From Eledone cirrhosa (Eukaryota): a DNA stretch of 64,000 bases. The stretch is from assembly GCA_964016885.1 (NCBI GenBank), contig OZ024756.1:28644001-28708000 (forward strand). The letters are read 5' to 3'. A program made the translations under genes and the position numbers. The number at the start of each line of letters is the position of its first letter. The first letter of the stretch is position 1. Shown here piece by piece: positions 57,420 through 64,000 of the stretch. The notes beneath the pieces are model-generated. The model ran no database searches. It was not told the origin of the DNA and saw only the letters and a list, made by a program, of their open reading frames with translations.

Positions 57420-57725
57420 AAACCATCATCTCCCTGAAACTCCTCACTTCAAAAGAGATGTGTGTGCTGTTATCTCTGTAAAGCTCTCTCTCACTTCAAA
57501 AGATGTTTGTAAACTGTCATCTCTGTAAAGCTCCATTTCAAAAGAGGTTTGTATACTGTCATACTCTCTAAAGCTCCCTCTTAAAAATGGGGATTGTTTA
57601 CTGTCATCTCTGTAAAGCTCCCGTCTTAAAAATGGCGATTGTTTACTGTCGTCTCTGTAAAGCTCCCAATTTCAAATTAGGTTTGTTAACCATCATCTCT
57701 GTAAAAAACCCCAATTCAAAAAGTA
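57420..57725. repeat. Degenerate ~44-48-bp minisatellite
   Basis: ctgtcatctctgtaaagctccc...aaaa repeated about 7 times. Confidence 0.75.
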
Positions 57726-58344
57726 GGCTTATAAACCTATCCCCACCTGAATATTGTTTAACTTCCTTTTGAGAGAAAAAAAACTGTTTCACTTTGTAAC
57801 AATTAAAAACTTGTATTTATTCATACAAAGTGCAGGGACTTTGAAAAAACATTCGTATTATATATTCTTTTTTTTAAATGTTATATTATTATTGTTATTA
57901 TTGTCGTAATTAAAACGCGGGCAGTGGATGGCATGGCATGGCAGAGTCAGTAGAGTAACAAATTGAATGCTTTGCAGATTTTTTTAATATATATTTTCTG
58001 AGTTCAAATCCCAGCTGGTTCAATTTTGCCCTTCATCCTCCCGGTGTCAATAAAATATAGTACCAGTCATATATTGGTATCGATTTAATCGACTGTTCCA
58101 CCCTCTCACCCTAGATTTCTGGCCTTGCACCTATGTTAGAAATAACAACCATTGTTGTTGTTTTTATTATCATCATCATTATTATTATTATTATTATTAT
58201 TGTTATTATTATCCCTATTTCTTGACTGTGGTATTGTAATTATATTTATAGAAATAAACATGTTTGAAATTGTAAAATATGAAGTTTAACAGTGACAACA
58301 GTAACAATATGTGCATGCAGCTTACATTGTATGCAATAGTGTGT

Positions 58345-58884
58345 GTTTTATATATATATATATATATGCACATATATATATTTATATATATATATATGCA
58401 CATATATATATTTATATATATATATGCACATATATATATTTATATATATATATGCACATATATATATTTATATATATATATGCACATATATATTTATATA
58501 TATATATGCACATATATATATTTATATATATACGTATGTATCTATATATATGTAAATATATATATATTTATATATACATATGTATCTATATATATGTAAA
58601 TATATATACATATATTTATATATACATATGTATCTATATATATGTAAATATATATACATATATTTATATATACATATCTATATATATATATATATTTATA
58701 TATGCACATATATATATATATTTATATATGCACATATATATATTTATATATATATGCACATATATATATTTATATATATATATGCATATATATATATGCA
58801 CATATATATTTATGTATATATATATGCATATATACATATCTATATATATATGTATATATATATATTTATGTATATATATATGCA

Positions 58885-58924
<40 letters not shown>

Positions 58925-59628
58925 TATATATATATATATTTATGTATATATATATATATATATATATGCACATATATATATATTTATATGCACATATATA
59001 TATATTTATATGCACATATATATATATATATTTATATGCACATATATATATATATATTTATATGCACATATATATATTTATATGTATGTATATATATATA
59101 TATATATGCACATATATATATTTATATGTATATATATATGTATATATATATATGTATATATATATATATGTATATATATGTATATATATATGTATATATA
59201 TATGTATATATCTATATGTATATATATATATGTATATATCTATATGTATATATATGATATATATATATCTATATGTATATATATATGTATATATATGTAT
59301 ATGTATATATGTATATATATATATATATGTATATATATGTATCTATATATATATATATGTATATATAGTATCTATATATATATATATAGTATATATATGT
59401 ATCTATATATATATACATATATGTATATATATGTATCTATATATATACTATATATGTATATATATGTATCCTATATATATATATATATACTGTATATATA
59501 TGATCTATATATATATATATATAGTATATATATGTCATATATATACATATATATATATATATATACATATATATACATATATATAATATATATATATATA
59601 GATACATATTATATATATATATATATAG

Positions 59629-59691
<63 letters not shown>

Positions 59692-59715
59692 AATATTATA
59701 TATATATATAGATAC

Positions 59716-59754
<39 letters not shown>

Positions 59755-59809
59755 ATATATTATATGTATATATATGTATTATATATATATATATATATGT
59801 ATATATATG

Positions 59810-59841
<32 letters not shown>

Positions 59842-60152
59842 ATATATATATATATATATAGATACATATATATACATATATATATATATATAGATACATA
59901 TATATACATATATATATATATAAGATACATATATATACATATATATATATATAGATACATATATATACATATATATATATATAGATACATATATATACAT
60001 ATATATAACATATATAATATATATATAGATACATATATATACATATACATATATAATATATATATAATATATATTATACATATATATAATAGATATATAC
60101 ATATATATATAATACATATAATATACATATATATATATACATATATATATAC

Positions 60153-60240
<88 letters not shown>

Positions 60241-60513
60241 GTATATATATGTATATATATATATGTATATATATATGTATATATCTATATGTATATATAT
60301 ATATATGTATATATCTATATGTATATATATGTATATATAATATTATATGTATATATATGTATATATATATATGTATATATATGTATATATATATATATAT
60401 GTATATATATGTATCTATATATATATATATGTATATATATGTATATATATATATTATATGTATATATATGTATCTATATATATATATGTATATATATTAT
60501 CTATATATATATA

Positions 60514-60562
<49 letters not shown>

Positions 60563-60687
60563 TATACTATATATATAATATACATATAGATACATATATA
60601 TACTATATATATATATATAGATACATATCATATATACATATATATATATATAGATATATACATATATATATACATATATATATTTAT
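58345..60687. repeat. (TA)n compound microsatellite running into the gap
   Basis: Directly visible. Confidence 0.95.
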
Positions 60688-60887
60688 NNNNNNNNNNNNN
60701 NNNNNNNNNNNNNNNNNNNNNNNNNNNNNNNNNNNNNNNNNNNNNNNNNNNNNNNNNNNNNNNNNNNNNNNNNNNNNNNNNNNNNNNNNNNNNNNNNNNN
60801 NNNNNNNNNNNNNNNNNNNNNNNNNNNNNNNNNNNNNNNNNNNNNNNNNNNNNNNNNNNNNNNNNNNNNNNNNNNNNNNNNNNNNNN
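60688..60887. other. Assembly gap (200 N)
   Basis: Run of N with round length, typical of scaffolding. Confidence 0.98.
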
Positions 60888-61070
60888 TATGTATGTATAT
60901 GTATGTATGTATATATATGTATGTTATGTATATATGTGTATATATATATATATATGTATGTATATGTATATATGTGTATATATATATATATATATGTATG
61001 TATATGTATATATGTATGTATATATGTATATATATATGTATATATATATATATGTATGTATATATATATG

Positions 61071-61119
<49 letters not shown>

Positions 61120-61338
61120 GTATATATATATGTATATGTATATGTATATATATATGTATATGTGTATATATGTGTATATGTATATATATATGTATATGTA
61201 TGTATATGTATATATATGTATATATATATGTATATATGTATATATATATGTATATATATATGTATATATGTATATATATATGTATATATATATATATGTA
61301 TATATATATGTATATATATATATATATGTATATATATG

Positions 61339-61371
<33 letters not shown>

Positions 61372-61624
61372 GTATGTATATATATATGTATGTATATATA
61401 TATGTATGTATATATATATGTATGTATATATATATGTATGTATATATATATATGTATGTATATATATATATGTATGTATATATATATATGTATGTATATA
61501 TATATGTATGTATATATATATATGTATATATATGTATGTATATGTATATATATATATATATGTATGTATATATATATATATGTATATATATGTATGTATA
61601 TGTATATATATATATATATGTATG

Positions 61625-61655
<31 letters not shown>

Positions 61656-61909
61656 GTATGTATATATATATGTATATATATATGTATGTATATATATGTG
61701 TATATATATATGTGTATATGTATATGTGTATATATATATATATGTGTATATGTATATGTGTATATGTATATATATGTGTATAATGTATATGTGTATATGT
61801 GTATATGTATATATATGTATGTGTATATGTATATATATGTATGTGTATATGTATATATATATATATATATATGTAATATATATATATCTATGTATTATAT
61901 ATATCTATG

Positions 61910-62004
<95 letters not shown>

Positions 62005-62020
62005 GTATATATTATATATG

Positions 62021-62053
<33 letters not shown>

Positions 62054-63366
62054 GTATATATATATATGTATGTGTATATATATATATGTATATATATATA
62101 TGTATGTATATATATATATGTATGTATATATATATATGTATGTGTATATATATGTATGTATATATATATGTATATATAATATGTATATATATATATGTAT
62201 ATATATATGTATATATATATATGTATATATATATATGTATATATATATATGTATATATGTATATGTATATATGTATATATATATATGTATATGTATATAT
62301 GTATATATATATATGTATATATATATATGTATATATATATATGTATATATATATATGTATATATATATATGTATATATATATATGTATATATATATATGT
62401 ATATATATATATGTATATATATATATGTATATATATATATGTATATATATATATGTATATATATATATGTATATATATATATGTATATATATATATGTAT
62501 ATATATATATGTATATGTATATATATATATGTATATATATATATGTATATATATATGTATATATATATATGTATATATATATATGTATATATATATATGT
62601 ATATATATATATGTATATATATATATGTATATATATATATGTATATATATATGTGTATATATATATATGTGTATATATATATATGTGTATATATATATAT
62701 GTGATATATATATATGTGTATATATATATGTGTATATATATATGTGTATATATATATGTGTATATATATATGTATACATATATATGTATATATATATGTA
62801 TATATATATGTATATATATATGTATATATATATGTATGTATATATGTATATATATATGTATGTATATATGTATGTATATATGTATGTATATATGTATGTA
62901 TATATGTATGTATATATGTAATGTATATATGTATATATATATGTATGTATATGTGTATATGTATATATGTGTATATGTATATATGTGTATAAGTATATAT
63001 ATATATGTACATGTACTATATATATATGTACATGTATATATACTCATAAGTACCATGTATGTATATATGTACATGTATGTATATGTATGTATATCTATAT
63101 GTATATATATGTACATGTATGTATATCTATATGTATATATATGTACATGTATGTATATATATCTATATGTATATACTATGTACCATGTATGTATATATAT
63201 CTATATGTATATATATGTACATGTATGTATCTATATGTACATGTATGTATATATATCTATATGTATATGTATGTATATATATCTATATGTATATGTATGT
63301 ACATGTATGTATATATATCTATATGTATATGTATGTATATATATGTACATGTATTGTATATATATG

Positions 63367-63397
<31 letters not shown>

Positions 63398-63692
63398 ATA
63401 TATATATATGTATGTATATACGTGTCATGTATACATGTATAGTTAGGTACATACACGTGTATAATAGTGTGTGTATATATATACCACACCACACACACAC
63501 ATTTACTTATTTTGTATGTATATGAAAACATTTATATGTATACATATGCATGTGTGTCTATATATATATATATATTATAGTTTTTGTTGGGTTTACTTTT
63601 AATAAGAGGTTGGCGATGCATTTTTTCTCTCCCTTTTTATTGCTAATTATTATAGCGATTTTTTTTTTGTTTTTTTTTTTTTGTTTTTTCTT

Positions 63693-63733
<41 letters not shown>

Positions 63734-64000
63734 GAAACTAAATTGCAACAATGCCTTCTGCCATTACTGAAATTGTCCTGTCGAAATATGAGTTCAGTTC
63801 AGTTTTTTTTATCTCTCTCTACCTCCCTTTCTCCCTCGCTCTTATTTTTCCAACTCATATTGAGTTGGTGTATTTTTAGTAATAAAGACATCACCTTACA
63901 AATGTGTTACTTTTGTATTGCTTCCAAGTCCCTCGATCATATATATATATGTGTATGTATGTATATGTGTATGTATGTATATATATGTGTATGTATGTAT

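Noticed and set aside
50403-63525. Very long ORFs (500-1253 aa) composed of Y/I/M/C/V, plus similar ones at 13-530, 17947-20158 and 38537-39228
   Set aside because: Translations of (TA)n/(TG)n microsatellites that lack stops by composition; one spans the N gap.

Overview
Eukaryotic, very AT-rich, microsatellite-saturated genomic DNA. The SINE/LINE/MITE content and huge (TA)n arrays suggest an octopus or other coleoid cephalopod (inference). The only recognisable host gene is the 3' half of SNRK (SNF-related Ser/Thr kinase, + strand). Its terminal coding exon (44444-46220) has SNRK-type motifs, a 15-copy Cys-containing repeat and a CCSLV end. Upstream lie frame-preserving phase-2 exons: a 36-nt microexon at 30997-31032, a 432-nt exon at 21311-21742 and a probable 36-nt microexon at 4031-4066. 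The kinase/UBA exons must lie upstream of the window. The introns contain tRNA-derived SINE clusters, CR1/L2-like and RTE LINE fragments, piggyBac-, hAT- and mariner-type MITEs, TE-derived tandem arrays, near-perfect palindromes and a degenerate type I hammerhead ribozyme (37919-37984, minus strand). The last ~3 kb after a 200-N gap duplicates ~52650-56035 and is probably an assembly artefact. Almost all listed ORFs are translations of simple repeats. Homology calls are from memory of the families; no searches were run.
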